Shown here: positions 1 to 11,630 of the stretch, piece by piece
Numbering within the stretch: the first letter of the stretch is position 1
How the letters are laid out: the number at the start of each line of letters is the position of its first letter
From: Azolla caroliniana
Lineage: Eukaryota; Plantae; Polypodiophyta
Reading direction: 5' to 3'
Assembly: GCA_043228905.1 (NCBI GenBank)
Contig: JBHGNT010000004.1
Location: 13,020,001-13,084,000 of the forward strand
Length of the DNA stretch: 64,000 bases
Translations under genes and position numbers: made by a program
Notes under the pieces: generated by a model
Told to the model about the DNA's origin: nothing
What the model saw: only the letters and a program-made list of their open reading frames with translations
Databases searched by the model: none

Positions 1-3000
1 GGCGAATTCTGAAGAAGATTTTCGCCGCAAGCACTATAGCCAGGAAGCTTCAACTCCTATAGGAGCTGAGCAACCTACGACAACGCGACTTGTCGGTGGC
101 AGACTACACCTCCAAAATCAAAGACATTTGCGACTCTCTGGCCGACATCGATGTGAATATCGAAGAAGCCGATATGGTGCAAATCTATCTCGAAGGTTTG
201 GCGTCAAAGTTTAGAGTGTTCTGAACTGCTATGTGTACAAGGGAGAATACACCATCATTTTTCGACTTACAGTCGATGCTCCTTGTGAAGGAGAACTACG
301 CCAGTGTGTCAACAAGTGCACCCACTGACAGCTGAATGCTATACATAGAGGCGGATCGGCCCCATGGGCGTGGTGGACGAGGCAGGTCAGCTCTCAATGG
401 TAGCGGCCGGCAAGATCAGGACCGAAGGCACAGAGAACGTGCCAACAGTAGTTCCGGACCCTCCACAAGTAGGGGGAGTCAAGGCGGCGCCGAAGGCTAG
501 CAAGAAAAGGCCACCACGGAATGCTGGTACTGTGGTAAAAAGGGCCACATAGAAAGCGATTGTTGGATGAAGCATGCCGATTTAGACAGATTCGGATCCG
601 GCAAGGCCGGTAGAGAGAACCGGCAATACTCGCACTACACAGAAGGATCGGGAGGATCGAAAACCGGAAAAGCCGGTAAAGGGACAGCCTTGGTGATGAA
701 ACATGAGGCTAACTCAATGAAAAAGACCACTTCCGAATCGGACTAAGTGTGGTACGTTGATTCCGGTGCGTTGAATCACATGACAAGCCACAAAGAGTGG
801 TTCTGTTTCTTGGAGAAACCGGAACAACTAGGAGTCGTCGAAACCGGACACAACACTCCTCACCCAATCATGCATATCGGAGAAGTCCCTTTGAGCCACA
901 TCGGATAGAGGGGGAAGCTGATGAACGTATTACACGTTCGGACTATCATGAAGAACCTGGTGCCAATCAGTTAGATCGTTGACCAGGTGATGCAGGTGCG
1001 GTTTACGCACCTTCGGTGCTTCAGCGAGAAAGAGGGCTAGATTATTGTGCAAGGGCGTAGAGAAGGGAGGATGTTCATCCTCGACACCAGTGAAGTCGGC
1101 ACCGCTTTGTTCGCCATAGGACAGAAGATTGAATCGGATATTAATCTCTCGCACAAGCGGATCGTCCATGTCAATTACCGAAGGCTTCAAGACTTGCAAA
1201 TGAAACAAGTTGTTTTCAGTTTGCCGAAGTTTCAGTGATCGGAAGGCCCAAATATGTGAAGCCTGCAAACTTGGGAAGCAACACCAGCTTCCATTCCCCA
1301 CCAACCGAAACTGTAGCTGTAACAAGCTCGACCTTATTCATTCGGATGTATGGGCACTAGCACAGAACGTTAGTCTTGGCGGGAGTCGGTATTTGGTCTC
1401 CTTCATCGATGACTACAGCCGACACACATGGATCTACCTCATTGAGCGGAAGAGCGATGTCTTCGAGTGTTTCCGGAACCTGCAAAGCCTGCTTGAATGG
1501 GAAACAGAGAGGAAGATCAAGTGTTTACGGTTGGATGGCGGAAAAGAATATTTTTCTGGCCAATTCAACTATTATCTGCAGCAAAAAGGAATTCCAAGAG
1601 AGTTCAGCTGTAGATACACACCGGAGCAAAACGGTGTAGCCGAAAGGAAGAACCAGTCGATTGTCGACGCAGCAAGGGTAATGCTGGAGGAGAAGAGCAT
1701 GCCCCATTTCTACTGGGCGGAGGCGGTCGGGACATCCGTCAACATCCAAAACCGGATCGGTGACAAGGTTTTCGCGCATGAGCTGTATTTCAGATGCAAG
1801 CCAAATTTGAGACACCTTCGGATATTCAGTAGCATTGCATATGTGCATGCGCCAAATGAGAGGCATAGGAAATTGGATGCAAATTCGGAGAAATGCATCC
1901 TGATCGATTACTCGCATGAGCAAAAGGGGTATAAGTGTTATAATCCTCGGACGAAGCAGGTCCGAGTTAGCCGGGATGTTGATTTTGATGAGACGGCATC
2001 ATGGTATGTCGTACCGGCTCCGACTTCCGACCCTGACCCGATACTGGAGGATGAGGCTAGTGAGCCTGAACCGGTCTAGATAGAAGATGATGACCTCTGA
2101 TCTCATTTCGGTTAAGTGGATCGAATGAGCGGCTGAGTTAGGATGATCAGTCGGATGAGGAACAGGCGAGTAATATAGACTCTGCCGTGCTCTCCTCGCG
2201 CAAGGAACCGAGGAGACAGTTCACGCGCAAAGAGAAGGGGAAGACAAAGATGCCAGAATACGAAACCGGCAACATTGAGTAGGGAACGAAGCGATTCCGA
2301 CTCCGGAAAGGATGAAGGCGGGTCTTTGGGGATGAAGTCTGACCTGACCAAGAAGGGCCCCAAACCGAGTAACGGTCTTCCCGCCTGAAGAACCCCTTGA
2401 CGCGGTACGGGTACAATGAGTACATGGCGCATCACTATGCGTACATGACCAAAGTGGCAGAAGTGCATGAGCCGGAGGGCTACGCAAAAGCGGCAAAGAA
2501 CGCAAATTGGCGTGCCTCTATGGAGGAAGAGATGCGGGCACTTGATGCCAATGACACATGGGACCTAGTTGACCCTCCCGACACTGTAAACCGATCGGAT
2601 GTAAGTGGGTGTACAAGGTAAAGTACAATGTTGACGGTTCAGTTAACCGGTACAAGGCCCGGTTAGTGGCGAAGGGATACGTGCAGACCCACGGAATCGA
2701 CTACGACGAGACCTTCGCTCCAGTAGTGAAGATGAAGACGGTTCGTGTGGTGTTGGCGGTTGTTGCAGCAAGGGGCTGGCATCTTCACCAGATGGATGTG
2801 AAGAATGCATTTCTTCAAGGAGATCTTGAAGAAGAGGTCTTTATGAACGAACCCCTTGGTTTCGAGTCGGGGATGAACAAGTTGGCGGTATGCCGGCTGA
2901 AGAAGTCACTTTATGGCTTGAAGCAAGCCCCCCGAGCTTGGAATGCGAAGATCACACACTAGTTGAGTAAGATGGGGTTTGCTGCTTCCATGTCTGACTC

Positions 3001-4454
3001 TTCGTTGTTCATCCGACAAGGTCCGGATGGTCCAGTTTGCATCTTGTTGTCTGTTGATGATCTAGTCATCACCAGACCCGGACTCAATGAAATCAGCCGA
3101 GTCAAGTGCCAACTATCGGACACATTTGAGATGAAGGACCTCGGGGACCTTCACTATTTCCTTGGGATCGAGGTTATCCGAACCCCCAATGGCATACTTC
3201 TCTCACAAAGGCAATATGTGTTAAGTATGTTGTATAAGTCTGGCATGACAGAATGCCGACCGATCTCCACACCCTTGGACCGGAATCAGAAGCTCCGTCC
3301 AGACTCTGAACCAGCTTGCGATGAGAAGCGGTTCCGACAAATTGTCAGAAGCCTTATATATTTGACAATCACCCAACCCGACATCAGTTATCCGGTTGGC
3401 GTGATAAACCAATATATGCAGAAGCCGACCGTGGAGCACCTTCTGTGCACGCATTGAATTTTGCGATATGTGAGCGGAACGAAGGAACGGGGACTGTTGT
3501 ACCGGCATGGTATAACCGAAGAGCTAGTCGGCTACACCGATGTCGATTGGGCTGGCGATGCATTGGATCGCCGATCCACCTCAGGCTATATGTTTTCCCT
3601 TTGTAGCGCGGCTATTGCGTGGAGCAGCAAAAAGCACTGAGGCTGAATACCGGGGTGCTACCGTTGCCACGTATGAAGCCATTTGGCTTCGGCGATTGCT
3701 GCAAGACCTGCGGATCGAGGTGCTGACCCCGATCCTGATCTACTGCGACAACATAAGCAGCATGCAGCTCACTAAGAACCCTGTATTCCATGCTCGCACA
3801 AAACACATAGAAGTGCACTACCACTTCGTGCATGAGTGTGTCCTGAACGATGAAGTGGAACTTCGGTATGTTCATACGGATCGGCAAGTTGCCGACATCT
3901 TCATCAAACTGCTTGGAACGGATAAGTTGCAACACTTCACCGAAATGCTTGGTGTTCAGCATCTCGACGTGCCACACTTGAGGGGGAGAACAGGCAAAGG
4001 AGAAGAGATGGCCGATTACGCCGGTGAGGGAAGAACCGACAAAGGGAGAGACAAGAAGAAGAAAGGAATTGACTCGACAAAGGAAGTTGACACATCCAAA
4101 CAAGTCAGAACAAGCGGCAGCGGCGGCAGAGTCAAGAAGGCCAGAGCCAATCGGAAGGAGGCGAAGAGCCGGACATGGTCCGATGTGGTGAAGGGCCTGG
4201 AACCGGAAGAAGAATCGGGAGCGACCGATTTGGACAAGAGCTGGAACGAGTCTGAGACAGCTAAGTCGGTTCAACAGACAGATTCGGAAGAATCAGATCA
4301 ACTAGAGGTCAAGCAGACGAGAACGCAACGGAAGTTGACGCCAACACGGAGGAACCGGCGGGTCGACAAGCGCCAGAGTCACAGCAGCAAGGGAGCTGAA
4401 TTGGGCCCATTGAGTAGACAAGCCGACCGAGGAGGTCGAGGCGTGAAGAACTAA
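1..4454 (+). pseudogene. Copia A gag-pol pseudogene with charged C-terminal extension
   Basis: Multiple stops and frameshifts; domain order gag-PR-INT-RT-RH; the RH frame runs on to 4454 (ORF 3540-4454). Confidence 0.9.
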
Positions 4455-4646
4455 GGGGTTACGGCAAATGGGATCGGACCGGACAAGGAGTGCGAGCGAG
4501 GTGGAGTGACGCCAGAAGGAGCCGGGTGGAAGGACCGGCTGCCATGGAGACTACCACTACGATCCGACCTCAAGTTGAGCTTGAGGGGGAGTGTTGAGCG
4601 GCAAGCTCAACTGGATCCGGATCGGCATCCGGAAGGATGAGCCAGA

Positions 4647-4921
4647 TGTCGAATACATGTGTATAATGGACGTATTCACACCATCCCGTTTTGGCCATTT
4701 ATGTAATTAGCATAAAGGGTAGTTGCCCTAAGTCGGTCACTATATATAGTGACCTTGTAACCTCTTTGTGAGGTTGGTTGTTGTATTATTGCTTTGTGAA
4801 ATAAAGAGTCTTTTGTGTCTCTCTCTCTCTCTGTGCAACGACCTACATTCTGTCATACACAGGGAATAAACAGGAATCGAGTGCTTCAAGATCTTCCGCA
4901 CTGACGACATTGCTTCCAACA
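4647..4921 (+). repeat. 5' LTR of B
   Basis: Direct repeat of 9722-9996; TG...CA ends. Confidence 0.98.
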
Positions 4922-4923
4922 TC

Positions 4924-4935
4924 TGGTATCAGAGC
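4924..4935 (+). promoter_or_regulatory. Primer-binding site (tRNA-iMet) of B
   Basis: TGGTATCAGAGC 2 nt after the LTR; canonical plant iMet PBS. Confidence 0.95.
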
Positions 4936-5514
4936 CTGCACAGTAGTCGGTCCTTCAATCCGCTGTCGGCCGTCGTCTCTGCATTCGGTTTCCTGCGTCA
5001 TTCGAAGAAAGAGAGAAGAAGAACAAAAACGAGGTTTGCACCTCATCGCGTTAGATCCCCTTGCTTGGAGTAAGCCAGCAGGTTGTACTCTGTCCCTTGT
5101 GATCGTAACCGCTCGAGGTGAAATCCCCTTGTGCAACTTTGACAACAACCCAAATTCGTGCTTCATCTGGCTGATCGACATTCGGGAGGATCAGTCGGAT
5201 CCGTCTCTCTCGTCACTGCAGTCACCCGAAGCCGAATCGGTCCAGATAATCGGTTTCAATAATCGGTATTCGGCATATATATATCCGAAGCGAACCGGGC
5301 TCACTCCGACTCGGCGACATTCGGGAAGACCAGTCGGTTCTGTCCCTCAGGTTACCGTAGTCAATTCGAGCAAGTTCAACAATACATATATCCGAAGCCG
5401 AACCGACTCGGGTTCAAATCCGACTAGAACGATATCGGGTGAGCCAACCGGCTAAACTCCAACAAGGTTCACAGTCAACTCCGAACCGAGTCTCGTCAAC
5501 CAAAACCGAATTTG

Positions 5515-8500
5515 ATGGCATCAACATCCGGCTCGTCAGAAATGAGTCTACGAAAGTTCGATGGATCGAACTTCAACTTCTGGAAAGAGCAAATGCAGGA
5601 CTATCTCATAGTCAAGGGACAAATCGATCCCATCGAAAACGAAGAACCTCCAGAAGGATACAAACCAGTTGAGTGGCAGAAGCTGGACAGAATCGTCCGC
5701 GCCACGATTCGGATGCACCTATCGGAATCGGTATACTTTACGGTGCAATCGTGTACGACAGCATTCGAACTGTGGAAAACACTGTCGGACACTTACGAAA
5801 AGAAGGTCGCCGCAACGAAGATGTTTCTGATCCGGTGCCTCTACAACTTGCGGATGAAAGAATCCGACTCGGTTCAAGCACACCTCAATGAGTACGAAAG
5901 CATAAGCTCCCAAATCTCGTCACAGGGGACGGCAATCGAGGATGAACTCAGAGCAATGATACTCATGAGCAGCCTTCCCTCATCATGGGAAACTTTCGTC
6001 ACAACCGTGTGCAACGCGTCAACCACGGCTGTTAAATACTCCGAAGTCACGAGCGCAATCCTGACTGAAGCAGCTCGGAGAAAGTCTTTCGCCAAAGACT
6101 CAACAGACGACGCTTACGTAGTACAAGGTTCGACAGACCGATCGAACATACGAGGAAGAGATTCCTCACGACCGCCGAACAATCAGCGAAGACGGAGCCA
6201 GTCACGGGATCACCGAATCTGCAACTACTGCAAGAAACCCGGACACATCAAAGCCGACTGCCGCGCACTCAAGAACAAGAACAACAAGAAGAGTGGCCGG
6301 CATGAGGAGATCAATTACGTCAGCTTCTCAGCTGATGTACTACCGGACGACCCGAATATACTATCAATAGAAAATCCAGTCGGATCAGAAGTTCTACTCA
6401 CGACTGAAGAATCGAGCACATGGCTCTTGGATTCGGGCGCGTCATTTCACGTGACTCCTCATTGATCCCAATTTCGGCAATATACGATCCGTCACTCCGA
6501 CTCAGTTCGAGTCGGCAACTCACAACACTGTGACATCGTCGGAATCGGCACAGTAGAGCTCAACCTTGCAGGGGGCTCTACACTTGTACTCCACAATGTC
6601 CGACATGTACCCGAGCTCACAAGGCCATTGATCTCAGTCGGACAACTAGATGAAGACGGCATTCGTGCCGGTTTTCCTTCGGGAGGGTGGACACTCCACA
6701 GGGGGAACCTCCTGCTTGCTAGAGGACCCAAGATACACTCACTGTATCCGTTACATGTTACGCTCAGAGAGGGTAACCTGTTTTTGGTGGACATTCCTGT
6801 GTCATCATTATGGCACCGAAGATTAGGACACCTCAGCAAGGCCGGCATCACGCACCTATCTAGCGCCGGATACATCCCCAAACTCTCCTTCTTGGACCAT
6901 CAATTCTGCGAGCATTGCCAGTATGGCAAACAAGTAGCCGCATCACACCCGACATCAGCACCAAGAGAAACGAGACCTCTCGATTTAGTCCATTCGGACG
7001 TCTGTGGCCCAATGCCGCATCAGTCTCTAGGCGGTGCCTCTTACTTCGTCAGTTTTATTGACGATTCGACTCGAAAGGTGTGGGCTTATCCAATTCGCAC
7101 CAAAGATCGTGTCTTCTCGATCTTCACCGATTGGCTCGCTATGGTAGAAAATCAAACCGACCGAAAGCTGAAATGCCTTCGGACAGACAATGGGGGAGAG
7201 TTCAAATCCGATGAATTCGTCAAATTCTGCCGACAACGCGGCATCCGACGTGAATTTACGGCACCACACAGTCCGGAGCAAAACGGGATTGCCGAACGAA
7301 TGAATCGGACAATCCAAGAAAGGATAGTTTCCATGCTCCAACACTCCGGACTATCGGATGGCTTCTGGGCAGAGGCTCTACTCACGGCAGTACACATAAT
7401 CAATATGTCGCCAAGTAGACCTCTAGGACTTCAAATTCCTCAGGAACTATGGATCGGCAGTAAGCCGAATTACGACAAGCTGAGGATCTTCGGATGCGAG
7501 GCGTACGCCCTCATTCCGAAAGATGATCGCCGAAAACTTGCACCTCGGTCCAGGAAATGCATTTTCCTTGGATATGGATCAGACGGCGAAATGGGATACC
7601 GACTCTGGGACCCCGAACGCAGACAAATCGTTCGAAGTTCGGACGTTGTGTTCAACGAGTCGGCTATGAATCCATCAGTCGAAAAACCGATCGAAGTCCG
7701 AAGGGTAACATTCTCCGATGTGCCGACCCTTCAAGAAGGCCCCGCTCTCAACACACGGTCAGCTTCACGGGTAGCTGAACCTTATACTACCGACTCGGAC
7801 AACTCTGACTCGGCACAGCCGAATGATTCGGTTTCGGACCATCCGACCTCGATACCCGATGCGACCAGTCCAATCATACCTCGACGATCCGAGAGACTGT
7901 CGCAACCTCCGGAGAGGTATTCTCCTGGAATTTTCTTCACCGACGCCGGCGAACCGACGTCTTACGAAGAAGCATCGACATCTGTCGATTCGGCCACCTG
8001 GCATCTGGCGATGGAGTCGGAAATGCACTCCATCCAGGCAAACAAGACTTGGGATCTGGTCGAATTACCTAGGAACCGACGTGCTCTTCCTTGCAAGTGG
8101 GTTTATCGACTAAAAGAGACGTCTGATTCGACCACCCCAAAGTACAAGGCCAGATTAGTTGCGAAGGGCTTCCGACAAGAATATGGCGTCGACTTCGACG
8201 AGATCTTTTCACCAGTGGTGAAAATGACAACCCTTCGTCTTCTGCTCGGCGTCGTGGCAGCCGACAACTTGGAGCTGATTCAGCTAGATGTCAAAACAGC
8301 CTTCCTCCATGGTGATCTCGAGGAGGAAATTTATATGGAGCAGCCAAAAGGCTTCGTGGCAACCGGCCAAGAACATCTAGTCTGCCGACTCAGGAAGAGT
8401 CTATACGGCCTCAAACAGGCACCGCGACAATGGTACAAGAAGTTCGACGACTTCATCCAATCGATCGGCTTCTCAAAAAGCGATGAGGACCATTGTCTCT

Positions 8501-9528
8501 TCACCAACACAGCTCAAGATGGATCACCCATCTTCCTCATCATTTACGTGGACGACATGCTAATTTCTGGACGCCACGCGGGCGAACTTGCCGATCTCGT
8601 TCGGCAACTGCGGTTGAAGTTTGCCATGAAGGACCTCGGTCCGGCACGACACATCCTTGGCATGAAGATTAGTCGGCATCGCGATAAACGACATCTTTTT
8701 TTGTCTCAGACCGACTATATCGGACGTGTCTTGGAACGCTTCAACATGCAATCAGCCAAATCTGCTTCAACCCCACTCCCTATGAATCTTCGGCTCTCTC
8801 AGCGAGACTGCCCGACATCCGGTTCGGAGGGGGAAGATATGAAGTCGGTACCGTATGCACCGGCAGTCGGCTCCCTTATGTACCTGATGGTCGCGACACG
8901 GCCTGACATCTCTCATGCCGTAGGAGTCGTTAGCAGATTTATGCACAATCTTGGCCGATCGCATTGGAACGCAGTCAAGCATGTGTTCAGATATCTGGCT
9001 GGCACAAAAGACCATGGCATTCTTTTCGGACCGAACCGAACCTCAGGCGTAGTCGGTTACACCGACTCTGACTTCGCCGGCTGTATAGACAGTCGGAAAT
9101 CAACAACCGGATACTGCTTCAAATTCGGCAATGGAGCAATCTCGTGGAAGTCGAAACTTCAGGAGTGCACAGCGACCTCAACGACCGAAGCAGAATATGT
9201 AGCTGCGTCCGACGCAGCAAAAGAAGCTTTGTGGCTCGGTCGGCTGGCGCACACGTTTCGACAAGTCGAACATGACTCGGCTCCAGTTGTCTACAGCGAC
9301 AGTCAAGGTGCTGTTGCCTTGTCGAAAAATCCGGTTCACCACAACGCCTCCAAACATATCGACGTTCGATATCACTTCGTTCGGGACTGCGTCATTTCAG
9401 GGAAAATCGGTCTAGAGAAAATATCCACAACCGATAATGTCGCAGATGGAATGACCAAATGTCTCTCGGCAGACCGTTTTCGGTCTCTTCGGCATCAGAT
9501 GGGCGTAACGACAAACCAGTCCGGTTAG
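5515..9528 (+). pseudogene. Copia B gag-pol polyprotein with a single in-frame TGA at 6463-6465
   Basis: ORFs 5512-6465 and 6628-9528 are in the same frame. Zinc knuckle CNYCKKPGHIKADC, protease WLLDSGAS, integrase HSDVCGP...EQNGIAERMN, RT YVDD, RNaseH SKHIDVRYHF. Confidence 0.95.
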
Positions 9529-9721
9529 AGCCGGACACAGAGCAGGATGGTTCCCGACAACCGACATCAGCTCCTTAATGATCGGCTTCAACTGTTCCGA
9601 CCCGACCAGTTCGGTCTTCTGTCTTCGGATCCTGCCGACTCGAACAAAGCTGATATGTCCGAGAACCTAAGTCTATACCTGTAATCTTAGATAACCCATG
9701 TATACGCCCATTACGGGGGAG

Positions 9722-9996
9722 TGTCGAATACATGTGTATAATGGACGTATTCACACCATCCCGTTTTGGCCATTTATGTAATTAGCATAAAGGGTAGTTG
9801 CCCTAAGTCGGTCACTATATATAGTGACCTTGTAACCTCTTTGTGAGGTTGGTTGTTGTATTATTGCTTTGTGAAATAAAGAGTCTTTTGTGTCTCTCTC
9901 TCTCTCTGTGCAACGACCTACATTCTGTCATACACAGGGAATAAACAGGAATCGAGTGCTTCAAGATCTTCCGCACTGACGACATTGCTTCCAACA
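9722..9996 (+). repeat. 3' LTR of B
   Basis: Direct repeat of 4647-4921, preceded by a purine tract. Confidence 0.98.
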
Positions 9997-10373
9997 CCAG
10001 ATCGGTAAGTTGGTGAGCTGGGGAGCCGGTTAGCCTGATCCATGAGTAACTGGAAGCCTAGTAGCAGCGTAGAATACTAGGTAGTTAACATCTCATAGTT
10101 AGTGTCAGATGCTTGTGTGAGCATTGAAGTACACCGTACTTCTATCAGTCTGTATGGACTTGTATAAAAGTGTTCACTGAACACATACGATGTACAAAGC
10201 ATTACAGAGAACTATTATTTCTTGAATAGAGTCTTGTGTCTTCTCTTTCTCTCTCTTTCTCTCTCTCTCTCTCTTTGGCTCTCCCGCGTACTGTGTATAT
10301 TTAAGCTCTCCATTAAACCTACGTATTTTTCTGTCTTTGGTCTTCTACTTGCTTCTGCACGCTATTCTTTACA

Positions 10374-10506
10374 ACAACTATGGCCCACTAAGGGCATATT
10401 TATACTATTTATACATATAGTCCCCCAAGTCGGCTATACAATCAATTTAGAATTAGTCCCCAACTTGGCTCTTCTCTTCCCATCCGGAGGGAGTTGTTTC
10501 CCAACA
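10374..10506 (-). repeat. LTR remnant N (F/J-related Copia LTR start), host of element A
   Basis: Minus strand from 10506 reads TGTTGGGAAACAACTCCCTCCGGATGGGAAG, matching the F LTR start TGTTAGGAAACAGGTCCCTCCGGATGGGAAG at 32942. Confidence 0.75.
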
Positions 10507-11360
10507 CTTTGTGACATGCATGTTCAAAATGAACTCTACATTATGCATTCATTTATATTGATGGTTCTACATTTTGTGTGCAACCTCTCTCTACATGAGC
10601 TTGACATGCTCCTCAATTTTGTTAGAAATATTTAGAATTGACTAGATAGGCATATAAAGTCACACTCACATATATGTATTTCTATTACATACAGGAGTAG
10701 CTCACAATGGTAGTCCAGCATACCTTAGAGCTTAGATGGGATCTAGAGTAGTCAACTACAAAATTAGTGGAGATAGATAATAGTCACAACCATTGCGTGA
10801 GAGAAAGAGAGTGAATATTTATATTCTTTGTTTAGTCTAAGTGTCACATCAAATGTGCAAGTCAAACTGATAATACTGGGGTATTCCTTTTCTATCAATT
10901 GACTTTAAATTCAATATGACCCAACTCTCGAGATACAAACTAGTGATAGATAGTACTTATCTTGAAGTCTATCACATATACTTCATGTTGAGCGAACAAG
11001 CTCAACCTGATCCGGATCGGCTGAGTAAGCTAGAGCTAGATCGATATTTGAATCCGTATCCGGAACCAAGAGCGAGATCGGAGATCCAAATTGTAATCCG
11101 GATCGAATTGTAATCGGTAGGCTGTTAGACGCTTACGATCCTAGCCTAGTACATAGGCATATTTCTTGGAGTTAGTGTCAGTCGCTCAAAACTAGCATTG
11201 AAGTACTTGTCAGTACTTCTGTCAGTCCTTTAAGGACTTGTATAAAAAGTGTTCTATAGGACATTTGTATGTACAGAGTATTGAGTTCCTTTTGAAATTG
11301 AGTTTGTGTTCTGCTATCTCTGTCTCTCCCGCTCTCTCTCTATGTTTGGTCACACGTATC

Positions 11361-11435
11361 ACATGAAATGTAATATTTTTGGTCTCATAGGTCATATTTG
11401 ACCTCCGAAGACGATAATATAATCTATCTATCTAT
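11361..11435 (+). mobile_element. Short LINE 3'-end fragment inside the 5' LTR of C
   Basis: Absent from the related LTRs of A and D; homologous to the LINE tail at ~19175-19248; stem-loop AGGTCA-TATT-TGACCT 11389-11404; (TCTA)n tail. Confidence 0.7.
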
Positions 11436-11630
11436 GTTTCATGAAGCTTCCATTAAACCTGCAAATATTTTCTATTCATAACCGATGAAGTTGGTTACGT
11501 CTACGACCTTCCGCACGCAACTCGTTACATGGTATCAGAGCGTGAGGGCTGAAAATCCTTTGTTTTCGACAAAAAGTGCTAAGTAGAAAAAGAAAACCGA
11601 ACTTCAAGAAAAGAACAGGCCGAAGAAAGA

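Larger units (their letters stand above)
4647..9996 (+). mobile_element. Ty1/Copia element B, full length and very young, inserted in the 3' LTR of A
   Basis: 275-bp LTRs 4647-4921 and 9722-9996 (TGTCG...AACA) identical by eye; TSD CCAGA 4642-4646 and 9997-10001; PBS TGGTATCAGAGC 4924-4935; PPT ending 9721. Confidence 0.98.
1..10373 (+). mobile_element. Ty1/Copia element A (5' part outside window), degenerate; 3' LTR 4592-10373 interrupted by element B
   Basis: Fragmented gag, integrase (HSDVW...FIDD...EQNGVAERKN, ORF 1210-2079), RT ([22 protein letters not shown] 2609-2962) and RNaseH (HARTKHIEVHYHF). PPT ttgagggggag 4581-4591, LTR start TGTTGAGCG at 4592, LTR end TTCTTTACA at 10373. Confidence 0.92.

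Noticed and set aside
4910-5455. 181-aa upstream ORF in the B leader
   Set aside because: Non-ATG start within the LTR, overlaps the PBS and has no recognisable domain.
6463-6465. Programmed gag-pol stop readthrough in B
   Set aside because: The stop lies after the protease DSG motif rather than at the gag end, and fits a CGA>TGA mutation.
10507-10985. Possible host gene or unique regulatory DNA
   Set aside because: AT-rich, with no recognisable ORF, splice pattern or repeat; left unassigned.
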